Assembly: GCA_041687805.1 (NCBI GenBank)
Contig: JBDNJK010000031.1
Location: 22,379 to 86,378 of the forward strand
DNA: 64,000 bases
Direction: 5' to 3'
Source: Acidimicrobiales bacterium
Lineage (GTDB): Bacteria > Actinomycetota > Acidimicrobiia > Acidimicrobiales > Aldehydirespiratoraceae
How positions within the stretch are numbered: the stretch's first letter is position 1; each line of letters begins with the position of its first letter. The notes beneath the pieces were generated by a model. The model was not told the DNA's origin and made no database searches. It was given only the letters and a program-made list of their open reading frames with translations. The translations under genes and the position numbers were made by a program. Of the stretch, positions 24,321 through 32,531 are shown piece by piece.

Positions 24321-24620
24321 TTAATTGGCGAACAAGTCGAGAACCAATGTCGAGAAGAGCCAGTCGAGGCCGTAGATCATCGACGTGAGAACAACGATAG
24401 TGACCAGAACGACTATCGAATAGTTGAATGTCTCAGCGCGAGATGGCCACGCGACCTTCCGAAGCTCGCCACGCACTTCCCCGAGGAACTGAATGGGGCT
24501 CGTTCGCTGCTGAGGCGGCGCAGATGAAGTCGGCTGGCGACGTTTACGAACGGGCGCGCCATCGGCGTCGACCTCGCCCTGCTTTTGCAGCATTCTCTTT
24601 TGTTGTCGGTTCATCGACAT
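24321..24620 (-). CDS. secE: Preprotein translocase subunit SecE
   Basis: 99 aa, basic N-terminus, FLGEVRGELRKVAWPSRAE then one TM helix. Sits between tRNA-Trp and nusG. Confidence 0.9.
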   Translation of the reverse strand: MSMNRQQKRMLQKQGEVDADGAPVRKRRQPTSSAPPQQRTSPIQFLGEVRGELRKVAWPSRAETFNYSIVVLVTIVVLTSMIYGLDWLFSTLVLDLFAN

Positions 24621-24671
24621 TTGAGATCCCTCGAACTATCGGCGAAGCCACCACTTGGCGGCACCATCTCG

Positions 24672-24744
24672 CAGGGGCGGCAGGACTCGAACCTGCAACC
24701 GCCGGTTTTGGAGACCGGTGCTCTACCAATTGAGCCACGCCCCT
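24672..24744 (-). tRNA. tRNA-Trp (anticodon CCA)
   Basis: Manually folded: AGGGGCG/TG/GCTC-AATTGGT-AGAGC/.../CT-CCA-AA/.../GCAGG-TTCGAGT-CCTGC/CGCCCCT-G. No encoded CCA tail. Confidence 0.9.
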
Positions 24745-24815
24745 GAGAACGGCACCCAAGGCTAGCAGCAGACATTCTAATATCGACCGGCCGTTTGGGT
24801 GGCACTTCGATCGCC

Positions 24816-25169
24816 TCAGCCGGCAAGTCGAGTGGCCCGAGCCTGCCGTGACGCCACAACGATCACGCCGGCTACGGCTGCCAACCCTCCCAGGGTTGCA
24901 GCCGTGGCTTTGGCCAACCGCCGATTGGCGTGATCGTCGAAACGGTCGAGGTCAGACAGGATCTCGTGGCGTATTGCCGGATCTAGGGCCACCGGCACGC
25001 CGGCAAGTTCACGCAGCGACCGGCTGAGGCGACGAAATCCCGAAAGTTCGGCCTGACATCGCAAGCACTCTTTCACGTGGCGTCGGGCCGCAACCGGCAA
25101 CAACTCCACATCGCCGTACTCGGCAAGCACATCAGAGATCGAACCGCAGTCGTAGTTGTCAGGAGACAT
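24816..25169 (-). CDS. Anti-sigma factor (zf-HC2 type) with a single C-terminal TM helix
   Basis: Start at MSPDNYDCGS (ATG 25169). HxxxCxxC motif HVKECLRC. TM ATLGGLAAVAGVIVVA. Overlaps the sigma gene stop by 11 nt. Confidence 0.75.
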   Translation of the reverse strand: MSPDNYDCGSISDVLAEYGDVELLPVAARRHVKECLRCQAELSGFRRLSRSLRELAGVPVALDPAIRHEILSDLDRFDDHANRRLAKATAATLGGLAAVAGVIVVASRQARATRLAG

Positions 25170-25833
25170 TGGTCTGCTCACCTTCCCCTGGAAGAGGAAA
25201 CACCCGTTCACGAAGTTGACGGCGTGCCCGGTGAAGCCTGACCTTTGCGGCACTGACCGAGATGCCCAACTCAGTGGCGATGGCCTCGTGGGGCATGTCG
25301 TAGACATCTCGGAGAACCACCACCGATCGTAACTTGATAGGCAATTCGACTATTGCGTCGTCGAGGCGTGCTGAGAGGTCGGAGACCGCAGCCAAAGACG
25401 CTGGGTCGTCCACCACCAGAGGATCCGACATGATCGCCTCGTCGGGAAGATCGAAATGGCGATGGCGAGAACCCTTACCCATGTGAGTGGCCGAGCAGTT
25501 GGCGACGATGCGGTAGAGCCAAGTGGAGAAACGCGACTCGCTACGGAACTTCCCAATCGCCCTATAGGCCCTTAGGTAAGCGTCCTGTACCACGTCGCGC
25601 GCGTCCTCCTCATTGCCGGTCAGGCGGAACGCCAACCCGTAGGCATCGCGATAGGTGCGCCTGACCAGTTCGTCGAATGATTCACGATCTCCGGCTACTG
25701 CCAGCCCGACCAATTGATCAGACTCGAGATCCAACAGTTTCGACCGACCCGAACCAGAATGGTTACTCGACGTATCTGTGACGACCCGAAACTTGCGACA
25801 TCGGATTGACTTGGATGTCATCTCGCCGCCCAA
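25159..25833 (-). CDS. ECF-type sigma-70 family RNA polymerase sigma factor
   Basis: Region 2 (DVVQDAYLRAYRAIGKFRSESRFSTWLYRIVAN) and region 4 (LRDVYDMPHEAIATELGISVSAAKVRLHRARRQL). The 25833 start is TTG; an ATG at 25821 is an alternative. Confidence 0.88.
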   Translation of the reverse strand: MGGEMTSKSIRCRKFRVVTDTSSNHSGSGRSKLLDLESDQLVGLAVAGDRESFDELVRRTYRDAYGLAFRLTGNEEDARDVVQDAYLRAYRAIGKFRSESRFSTWLYRIVANCSATHMGKGSRHRHFDLPDEAIMSDPLVVDDPASLAAVSDLSARLDDAIVELPIKLRSVVVLRDVYDMPHEAIATELGISVSAAKVRLHRARRQLRERVFPLPGEGEQTNVS

Positions 25834-25849
25834 CGTTCGATCGAAGAAG

Positions 25850-25923
25850 TAGCGACGGACAGATTCGAACTGTCGACCTCTCGATTATGAGTCGAGCGCT
25901 CTCACCAACTGAGCTACGTCGCC
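25850..25923 (-). tRNA. tRNA-Met (anticodon CAT, elongator-like)
   Basis: Manual fold: GGCGACG-TA-GCTC-AGTTGGTGA-GAGC-G-CTCGA-CTCATAA-TCGAG-AGGTC-GACAG-TTCGAAT-CTGTC-CGTCGCT-A. The 1-72 pair is G-U, so it is not initiator-type. Confidence 0.88.
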
Positions 25924-25946
25924 GCCCGGGTCGGTGGCCCGGCCCG

Positions 25947-26022
25947 TGGAGCTCCCTGTCAGAATTGAACTGACGACCTTCTCCTTACCATGGAGACGCT
26001 CTACCGACTGAGCTAAGGGAGC
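25947..26022 (-). tRNA. tRNA-Thr (anticodon GGT), CCA encoded
   Basis: Manual fold: GCTCCCT-TA-GCTC-AGTCGGT-AGAGC...CC-ATGGTAA-GG...GTCAG-TTCAATT-CTGAC-AGGGAGC-T-CCA. Confidence 0.88.
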
Positions 26023-26241
26023 CTGCTCCGCGCCGCCTTCTGGGCCACGATGAGCGTCGGCAATGATGCCACGGGTGATGGCGCTATCCAACCCGTCGCC
26101 ATCTTTCATCTGATCATTGTCACTCCAGTCCTCATTTCTTGCCGGGGGTTTATGACATTCGTCATATAGGTGAACCGTTCGCCCCATGAGACATGAGCCA
26201 ATTGACTCAAGTTGTTCTCAGAGCGTGCCGATTCAAACGGC

Positions 26242-27564
26242 ATGCGATTCGAGAGGCTTGTGATCGAGGCAGAAGACACGACGTTCTCCCTCCAGTTTCA
26301 TCCACGGCTCACCGTGATCAGCGGGGTTGGTCCGCTCGAGCGTGAGGGCCTGACGACAGAGCTGATCGGTTCACTTAGCTCAAGCCGCCCGGGTGTCCAC
26401 GCTGAGATCATGGCCGACACCGGCAGTCACCTCGCGATATTTCGTCCCCACGGAGCACGACACCGCGTGATCGACATCGACGCGGCAACGGATGTGAGCG
26501 ACCGCTTCGCCAATAACGACGGATCCATCGATCTGCTCGCCGTGGCCGGACTCGACCCGCGCACCGCGAAACGCAAGATACATCTGACAGCATCGGACCT
26601 GTCGACCAGCACCAAACATCAACAGAACATCAGTCAACTCGCTGTCCACAACCCCGCAGAACTCTGGGAAGCGGTCGATCGGGTCACCAAAGCACAGAGC
26701 GCCATCGACAAAGCCGCAGAAGCGGCCGGTACCGCCCCCGAAGACATCGCCGTAGTTGAACAGATCGAAAAACGACACCGAAAGTTCGAATCAGCTCAGA
26801 CATCCGCGGAGAGGTCCCGGCGCGCGTCGTTCTTCGCCGGCGCATTCGCCGCGCTGGCCGCGTTCCCATCAGCGATACTCCTTGACAGGACGATCGCCAT
26901 GGGGCTGGTGATCGTGGCTGCATTGGTGACCGCCGTTTCCTTCATACAGAACCAGCGAATGATCAAAGCCCGTCACTTCGAGGACGAGGCGCTGGCCAAA
27001 GCCGGCGTCGCGACATACCTAGGTTTCCACCTGCAACGAGTCAACGGCCTGCTCGACAACGGTGGGGCACGGCACCAACTCGCCAAGGCATCTGCAGAAC
27101 TCGAAGAGGCCCAAACCGCGTGGGACGAGATCGCCGGAGACGTATCCGCGGACTGGGCCGTCGAATTCAAGAACGACATCCAGAGAGCCGCAGAGCCGCC
27201 CAAGGCAACAGAAGTCACCAGCACAACCACGTACGGCGAATCGTCGACCGTCACAGACTCGACAACTCTGACCGGCGCAATACTCGACCGACTCGCCGCC
27301 GTGCGCTCAATCGGGCCTGCAGGCGAAAGTCTCCCATTGATCCTCGACGACGCACTCAACGGGCTCGACTGGGAAGCGAAAGCACCCCTTCTGGAGTTGC
27401 TTGTCAGGTCATCTGAGTCGCAACAGATCGTGTTCATGACCCAAGACGCCGACGTGACCGAGTGGGCTCGCCTGGAAGCCATGACCGGAGCGGTGTCAAT
27501 CCTCGAACCGTCACCGGACCAAGGCCGTTCGACCATTAACCACCAGACAATCGCGACCGGCTGA
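26242..27564 (+). CDS. SMC/RecF/ABC-like protein with degenerate P-loop and a central membrane hairpin, function unknown
   Basis: The N-terminus MRFERLVIEAEDTTFSLQFHPRLTVISGVGPLEREGL resembles the N-terminus of SMC-type ATPases but lacks GK[ST]. C-terminus has LPLILDDALNGLD (Walker B/D-loop-like) and IVFMTQD. Two hydrophobic helices mid-protein. An alternative TTG start lies at 26212. Confidence 0.55.
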   Translation: MRFERLVIEAEDTTFSLQFHPRLTVISGVGPLEREGLTTELIGSLSSSRPGVHAEIMADTGSHLAIFRPHGARHRVIDIDAATDVSDRFANNDGSIDLLAVAGLDPRTAKRKIHLTASDLSTSTKHQQNISQLAVHNPAELWEAVDRVTKAQSAIDKAAEAAGTAPEDIAVVEQIEKRHRKFESAQTSAERSRRASFFAGAFAALAAFPSAILLDRTIAMGLVIVAALVTAVSFIQNQRMIKARHFEDEALAKAGVATYLGFHLQRVNGLLDNGGARHQLAKASAELEEAQTAWDEIAGDVSADWAVEFKNDIQRAAEPPKATEVTSTTTYGESSTVTDSTTLTGAILDRLAAVRSIGPAGESLPLILDDALNGLDWEAKAPLLELLVRSSESQQIVFMTQDADVTEWARLEAMTGAVSILEPSPDQGRSTINHQTIATG

Positions 27565-27643
27565 CCCGAAGCTCACATCACTGGCTTGGACGCACCCAGC
27601 TATTGGGTGTGCGGCGGCGGGCTCCAAGTGGAACACTTCGTGA

Positions 27644-28417
27644 GTGGATGAAGAACCAGAAACAATCACTCGTTCGATATCGGGATCGATCGGTCACCTG
27701 ACGCTCTCACGACCCGAATCTCTCAACCCACTCTCAGCACAATGTCTCCAAGAGTTGGTGGACGCAGCGGCGTGGTTCGACGCCCGACCTGAAGCGAAGG
27801 TCGTTGTCGTCTCCGGCGAGGGAAGAGCATTCTGTGCAGGGGCCGACCTGACGGCATTCGTCACAACCGGACCTGGCACACCACGGGAGGCGGCAGATCT
27901 CGGCCGACTGATGGTCGAGGCCATCGAAATGATGAAGGCAGTCACCATCGCCGCTGTCCACGGACACTGTGTGGGAGGCGGTGTACTGGTCGCCGCGGCT
28001 TGCGATCTCAGAATTGCCACCGAGACAACCCGGTGGTCCATCCCGGAAGTCGACATTGGCATCCCACTGGCGTGGGGAGGTATTCCCAGGCTGGTTCGTG
28101 AAATCGGTCCAGCGGCCACCCGAGAACTCGTCCTCACTTGCCGACCATTCACCTCACAAGAAGCATTCTCTCTGGGCATGCTCAACGAAGTCGTGGCAGA
28201 CGACCACCTGATGGGCCGGGCGCAAGAACTCGCGGTCAATCTGGCGTCGAAGTCGACCCTGACCTTACGGGCGACACTGCAGGCTGTCGACGCCGCCGCC
28301 GAAGCCCTCGTAGGAACCAGCGGGTGCTGGGCCGATGCGGACGCTCTCCTTTCGGCAACCCACGACCCCGAGTCACGCGCGGTCGCTGCCAGGTACTTGA
28401 GTGGCCGAGCCAAATAG
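27644..28417 (+). CDS. Enoyl-CoA hydratase/isomerase (crotonase) family protein
   Basis: 257 aa, ...VVVSGEGRAFCAGADL... and ...AAVHGHCVGGGVLVAAACDLRIA..., crotonase-fold signatures. Confidence 0.88.
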   Translation: MDEEPETITRSISGSIGHLTLSRPESLNPLSAQCLQELVDAAAWFDARPEAKVVVVSGEGRAFCAGADLTAFVTTGPGTPREAADLGRLMVEAIEMMKAVTIAAVHGHCVGGGVLVAAACDLRIATETTRWSIPEVDIGIPLAWGGIPRLVREIGPAATRELVLTCRPFTSQEAFSLGMLNEVVADDHLMGRAQELAVNLASKSTLTLRATLQAVDAAAEALVGTSGCWADADALLSATHDPESRAVAARYLSGRAK

Positions 28418-29654
28418 GGCAGAAGCCAGCCGCGACCTGGCTCGGCAAGCGAACAATTCGGCTGCCAGATCGTCGCATCTCGGTACGGCCTTCGCCGCTG
28501 TGCTGGTCTCGTTCGTGGTGCTGGGATTGCCAGTCGGAATACTCGGCACAGCCTGGCCAAGCATTAGATCCGAGTTCTCAAGAACCGACAGCGGGCTGGC
28601 CGTGCTGTTGGCCGGGTTCACCGTCGGCTACACGATTTCGAGCGCAATCTCCGGGCACTTGAGCGACCGCATTGGTTCGTCACGCCTGCTGTCGCTCGCC
28701 ATAGCCACCAGCGCCACCGGAATTGTCGCCATCGTTGCGTCGCCTGGTTTCATCGCCATGGTCGCCGCACACGTGATTCTCGGCATCGGCAACGGCTTCA
28801 TCGACTCGGTCGCCAACACATGGACGGCGCTCACACGCGGGCCGCGATCAATGGGGATGCTCCACGCCGCCTTTGGGGTCGGAGCCACGATCGGGCCGGT
28901 GCTCACCGCCGGACTCGTGTCGAGAGGTTCGTCCTGGCGATGGCCGTTTCTGATTCTCATCGGCGGGCAGATAGTTGCGTTGGCGATGGTCGTATCGAGT
29001 CGGCGATCGCTCGACAACGCTCCCCGAAGATCGCAATTCGTGACGAAGAACGTTGCGGCTGTGCCGCCACCAAGACGGCTACCAACGCTGATGCTGGCTT
29101 GGTTTGCGGTCTACCTCAGTGTCGAGGTTGCCGTCGGACAGTGGGGATACACACTGCTCACCGAAGGCAGAGGCATGTCAAAAGGCACTGCCGGCCTGCT
29201 TGTTGCTGCCTACTGGGGCGGCCTGACCATCGGCCGTTTCATACTCGGCGCAATCGGTCATCTGGTGCAACCCGAACGCCTGATGACGGCCACATCGGCG
29301 CTTGCCGTGACGATGGCCGGACTTCTCTGGCTCGACCCCGCCGGCGTCGGCGCTGCCGTATTTCCGATCATCGGACTGGCATTCGCACCGATGTTTCCGC
29401 TGATGGTCAACCGCACGCCCGTCTATCTGGGTCCGGATAGATCAAGTCGAGCAGTGGGCTACCAACTGGCGGCTTCGAGTCTTGGATTCGTCACCACGCC
29501 GTTGCTCATCGGGCTGCTCGCAGACCATCACGGGATCAGCGTCGCACCGCCGGTCGTGTTCGGTGCGACAACCGTGATGGTTGCCGTATGGCTGTCTGTG
29601 GCAGACGCCTCGAAGTCAGTATTCGACAGTGGTGAGCGCACCGGCGAGAGATGA
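28401..29654 (+). CDS. MFS transporter
   Basis: ~12 predicted TM segments with MFS-like loop motifs. Start uncertain (GTG 28401 overlaps the upstream gene by 17 nt). Confidence 0.8.
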   Translation: MAEPNRAEASRDLARQANNSAARSSHLGTAFAAVLVSFVVLGLPVGILGTAWPSIRSEFSRTDSGLAVLLAGFTVGYTISSAISGHLSDRIGSSRLLSLAIATSATGIVAIVASPGFIAMVAAHVILGIGNGFIDSVANTWTALTRGPRSMGMLHAAFGVGATIGPVLTAGLVSRGSSWRWPFLILIGGQIVALAMVVSSRRSLDNAPRRSQFVTKNVAAVPPPRRLPTLMLAWFAVYLSVEVAVGQWGYTLLTEGRGMSKGTAGLLVAAYWGGLTIGRFILGAIGHLVQPERLMTATSALAVTMAGLLWLDPAGVGAAVFPIIGLAFAPMFPLMVNRTPVYLGPDRSSRAVGYQLAASSLGFVTTPLLIGLLADHHGISVAPPVVFGATTVMVAVWLSVADASKSVFDSGERTGER

Positions 29655-30734
29655 AATAGCCGCACCACGATGGGCGTGGACAAAATCGTCGCGGTCGAGC
29701 CCATTGGTCAGGAATGCCAGAGAAATCCCGGTGGACGGATCGGCCCAGCCCCTCTGGCCTTTGGCGCCACCATGCCCGAACGTGCACGGTCCATTGTTGT
29801 GGCCATAGCCGCGCATGAGCGTCTGGCCATCGTCGCCGCCGAGCACAAACGCCCGCGTGCGGTTGGCGGGAACCCCCATCCAGTCGGGATGATTCTGACG
29901 AACCACCTCCAACGCATCGTGTCTCACCTCGGGACGGAGAAACTCGCCGTCGTCGTGGAGAATCGCCTGATACCACTTCGCAACATCGGCAGCCGACGCG
30001 ATCCCACCACCACCGGGATGTCCGGCAGCGCGCACAGCAGGGTCGTTGAACGCCAGGAGAGCGTCGTCAGTTACTTCGGTGAGAGGTATATCGAATCCGA
30101 ACTCGCGAGCGCGGGCCTCAAGATCTGGCGCCTCTCCAACATTCACCACATCGACAACGTCACCCTGATCTGCTGGATCGATGGCAAGGAACCTCGCCAC
30201 GCCAGCCGGCGTCATTACGCACTCGGTGATCACATCGGCAAAAGGTCGGCCCGTGGCTGCCGTGATCAGATCGGCGAGCACCCACTGAGCCGACGATGGG
30301 TGGTACTCGTAGCGGGTGCCGGGCTCCCAGTTGAGACGCCACGTGCCGTAGCGCTCAAGTCGGGCGGGACGATCGGCCCAGATCGCCGGCGGCATCGGCG
30401 CCGACGGAAATCCACCGGCATGAAGCATCACTTGTGAGACCGTGACCTGCTCTTTCCCGTTGGATGCAAACTCCGGAATGAGTTCGGCAACGGGAGACCG
30501 TAAATCAATGAGACCATCGGCGGCGAGCTCCAAAACCGTGAGGCTCACCGTGGGTTTGACTATAGAGAAGAGAGGGAGACGGTTGGACGTAGTGACGTCG
30601 CCGAACGCCTCAAAAACCGCCACCTCGCCACGAAAGCCCACCGCCACCTGGCAGCCAGGGATGCGACCTTCCTCTACCTCGACGCGACAGCGGTACACCA
30701 GTGCATCGACTCGGGATGGGATGAGACGGGTCAT
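29616..30734 (-). CDS. Beta-lactamase-fold serine hydrolase (class C / family VIII esterase-like)
   Basis: Start set at MTRLIPSRVD (ATG 30734), overlapping the mftF stop as ATGA. SxxK motif SIVK and FGHGGAKG near the C-terminus. The upstream 190 codons of the track ORF are Arg/Gly-rich and lie inside mftF. Confidence 0.8.
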   Translation of the reverse strand: MTRLIPSRVDALVYRCRVEVEEGRIPGCQVAVGFRGEVAVFEAFGDVTTSNRLPLFSIVKPTVSLTVLELAADGLIDLRSPVAELIPEFASNGKEQVTVSQVMLHAGGFPSAPMPPAIWADRPARLERYGTWRLNWEPGTRYEYHPSSAQWVLADLITAATGRPFADVITECVMTPAGVARFLAIDPADQGDVVDVVNVGEAPDLEARAREFGFDIPLTEVTDDALLAFNDPAVRAAGHPGGGGIASAADVAKWYQAILHDDGEFLRPEVRHDALEVVRQNHPDWMGVPANRTRAFVLGGDDGQTLMRGYGHNNGPCTFGHGGAKGQRGWADPSTGISLAFLTNGLDRDDFVHAHRGAAISSLAGALTTVEY

Positions 30735-32191
30735 TCGCGCGCGACCGTAGTGTCGCCAACCGCATCTCGACGACCCGGCCACTCCGCAAAACTCGGCAAA
30801 ATTGGGGCGAGCGTGCGTTCGGCGATCACTCCCTTCCAAACTCCGACGCCGTAGGCCATGTCGTCGACAGTGTGCAAAGCCACCGACCGGACAAAGCCAG
30901 CCGGACGGCTGCCCCTCACCCAATCGATCACGGCCGGCGCGAGAACCACCGCGGCAGCTGCCGGGCGACGGCGCGGGTGACGGATCGCAACGACCGCAAC
31001 CAATGGCCACCACACGCGGCTTGCGGCGCGCGCCAAACCGAGTCCGGCCAACAAATGTCCTCGGCTGGCAAGTCGAACCGCTTCTGCCCCCGGGTGGGGA
31101 AGCGAGTCGAGGCGCTGGGCCAGCGCCGCGGTCGAACCGACGGCCACGCCTGCCCCCACAACCGGATGACCGGCTACGGCAATAAGCCACGCAGCGGCGC
31201 TCCACCGCGAGCATCTGGCCGGAGCCACATTTCCGGCGTGACGGCGGCCCAGTGCGGCGGCCGATGACCCATACCGGAATCGCTGAGACAACCACGGCAA
31301 CCATCGCGAACGTGGTTCGTGTAGCACCTCGACGGCCGGGTCGTAGCGAACGACTCCCCCACTGTCGACCAACTTCCAGATCAGGTCGACGTCCTCACCC
31401 CACCTCATGTCGGGATCGAAGCCGCCGACCGAAATCACTGAGGCGGTCCGCGCCAGCATCGCAGCAGTGGGTACGTAACTCACCCGACGTCCGGGGCCCA
31501 CCGGCCCTGCGACATCACCGAGATCGAGCGGGCTGTGTTGTCTCTCATAGGACGCCAGATAACCCGATCCAAGACGACTCCTGACTCGAGGGGACACGGC
31601 AACGACGAGCGGATCCGCGAAGTGCCCGAGCAGGCTGGACAGCCAACCCGGGCGGACCTCGACGTCGGAATCAACAAACGCCACGAATTCGGTGTCGATC
31701 ACTTTCAGCCCGGTCGATCGAGCCGCACCCGGGCCACCGTTGATTTCGCGACGGATGTAAGCGGCGCCATGGGCCTTTGTGATCCGTCTATGAGACACGG
31801 CATCGCCAGACGCATCGTCGACCACCAAAATGCCGACATTGCCGAGCGCCCCTAGGCAACGATCAAGGCCGGCCGGATTGTCGTGCACGGGAATGATCAC
31901 TGTGACGTCGCCAGCGATCGTGCTCGCCACCTTCGGGTGCACCATTCCTGCATCGAGCAACCGTCTGGCCAGACGTCGATGCGACTCGGAGTCATCGAGC
32001 GGATCGTGTTGCTCCCATGAGTCGACAGCGTCGGCTCCCGCGTCGGTGAGCTTGACGATTCTCAACGGCGTTCCGCCCACGAGAATTCGGCCGCGGTCCA
32101 GCCTGCGTAGCGACGGGTCGAGTCGCAACTCAAACCCGGCCGGAGGAAGTGTGTCAGCCACAGGCGGGACCGTAGCGCCGACATCGCCCAC
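30731..32191 (-). CDS. mftF: Family-2 glycosyltransferase with C-terminal membrane domain, probable mycofactocin glycosyltransferase
   Basis: N-terminal LRLDPSLRRLDRGRILVGGTPLRIVKL segment, GT2 core (VTVIIPVHDNP...VVDDAS...FVDSDV) and hydrophobic C-terminal third. Matches my recollection of MftF architecture. Other mft genes are in the window. Confidence 0.72.
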   Translation of the reverse strand: MGDVGATVPPVADTLPPAGFELRLDPSLRRLDRGRILVGGTPLRIVKLTDAGADAVDSWEQHDPLDDSESHRRLARRLLDAGMVHPKVASTIAGDVTVIIPVHDNPAGLDRCLGALGNVGILVVDDASGDAVSHRRITKAHGAAYIRREINGGPGAARSTGLKVIDTEFVAFVDSDVEVRPGWLSSLLGHFADPLVVAVSPRVRSRLGSGYLASYERQHSPLDLGDVAGPVGPGRRVSYVPTAAMLARTASVISVGGFDPDMRWGEDVDLIWKLVDSGGVVRYDPAVEVLHEPRSRWLPWLSQRFRYGSSAAALGRRHAGNVAPARCSRWSAAAWLIAVAGHPVVGAGVAVGSTAALAQRLDSLPHPGAEAVRLASRGHLLAGLGLARAASRVWWPLVAVVAIRHPRRRPAAAAVVLAPAVIDWVRGSRPAGFVRSVALHTVDDMAYGVGVWKGVIAERTLAPILPSFAEWPGRRDAVGDTTVARE

Positions 32192-32210
32192 TCCCGAAGG
32201 GCATCAGTTG

Positions 32211-32460
32211 ATGCGAAGGGGCCTGATCATCTCTGCTCTGCTCGTCGGACTTGGCTTGGTAGCAGCTCCGGCGATGTTCCAAATGTTCACACGATCCCCC
32301 ATGGCGCGGAGATGATCAATGATTTCGTCCGTTCATGACACAGCAGAAGGTCGACACGTTTCGCGGGTATCTCACGGAGATCGATGGTGGCTGTTGCATG
32401 CGGCGACTCGTCGTCAGACAACACCGACCAGGCAGGAACCACCGTTGCTTAGACCATCAC
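32211..32460 (+). pseudogene. Possible decayed gene fragment (signal-anchor peptide followed by frame-shifted continuation)
   Basis: 32211-32315 encodes MRRGLIISALLVGLGLVAAPAMFQMFTRSPMARR*. The next frames read ...GAEMINDFVRS* and MTQQKVDTFRGYLTEIDGG..., which would join into one plausible N-terminus if two indels are assumed. Confidence 0.2.
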
Positions 32461-32531
32461 TGTCGCACCGCCTCCGTTCTTCGGCGTCGCCTTCGCGGTC
32501 TCCATCGATGACGGTTGACGGCGGTTGCCGA

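Noticed and set aside
25885-26187. 100-aa minus-strand ORF upstream of the tRNA cluster, considered as a possible rpmG substitute
   Set aside because: It reads straight through tRNA-Thr and into tRNA-Met and has no resemblance to L33 (no CxxC pairs), so it is spurious.
30735-31304. 190-codon N-terminal extension of the beta-lactamase-fold ORF (track ORF 29616-31304)
   Set aside because: The extension is Arg/Gly/Cys-rich nonsense lying fully inside the mftF coding region in another frame. An internal ATG at 30734 gives a normal-length hydrolase and an ATGA overlap with mftF.
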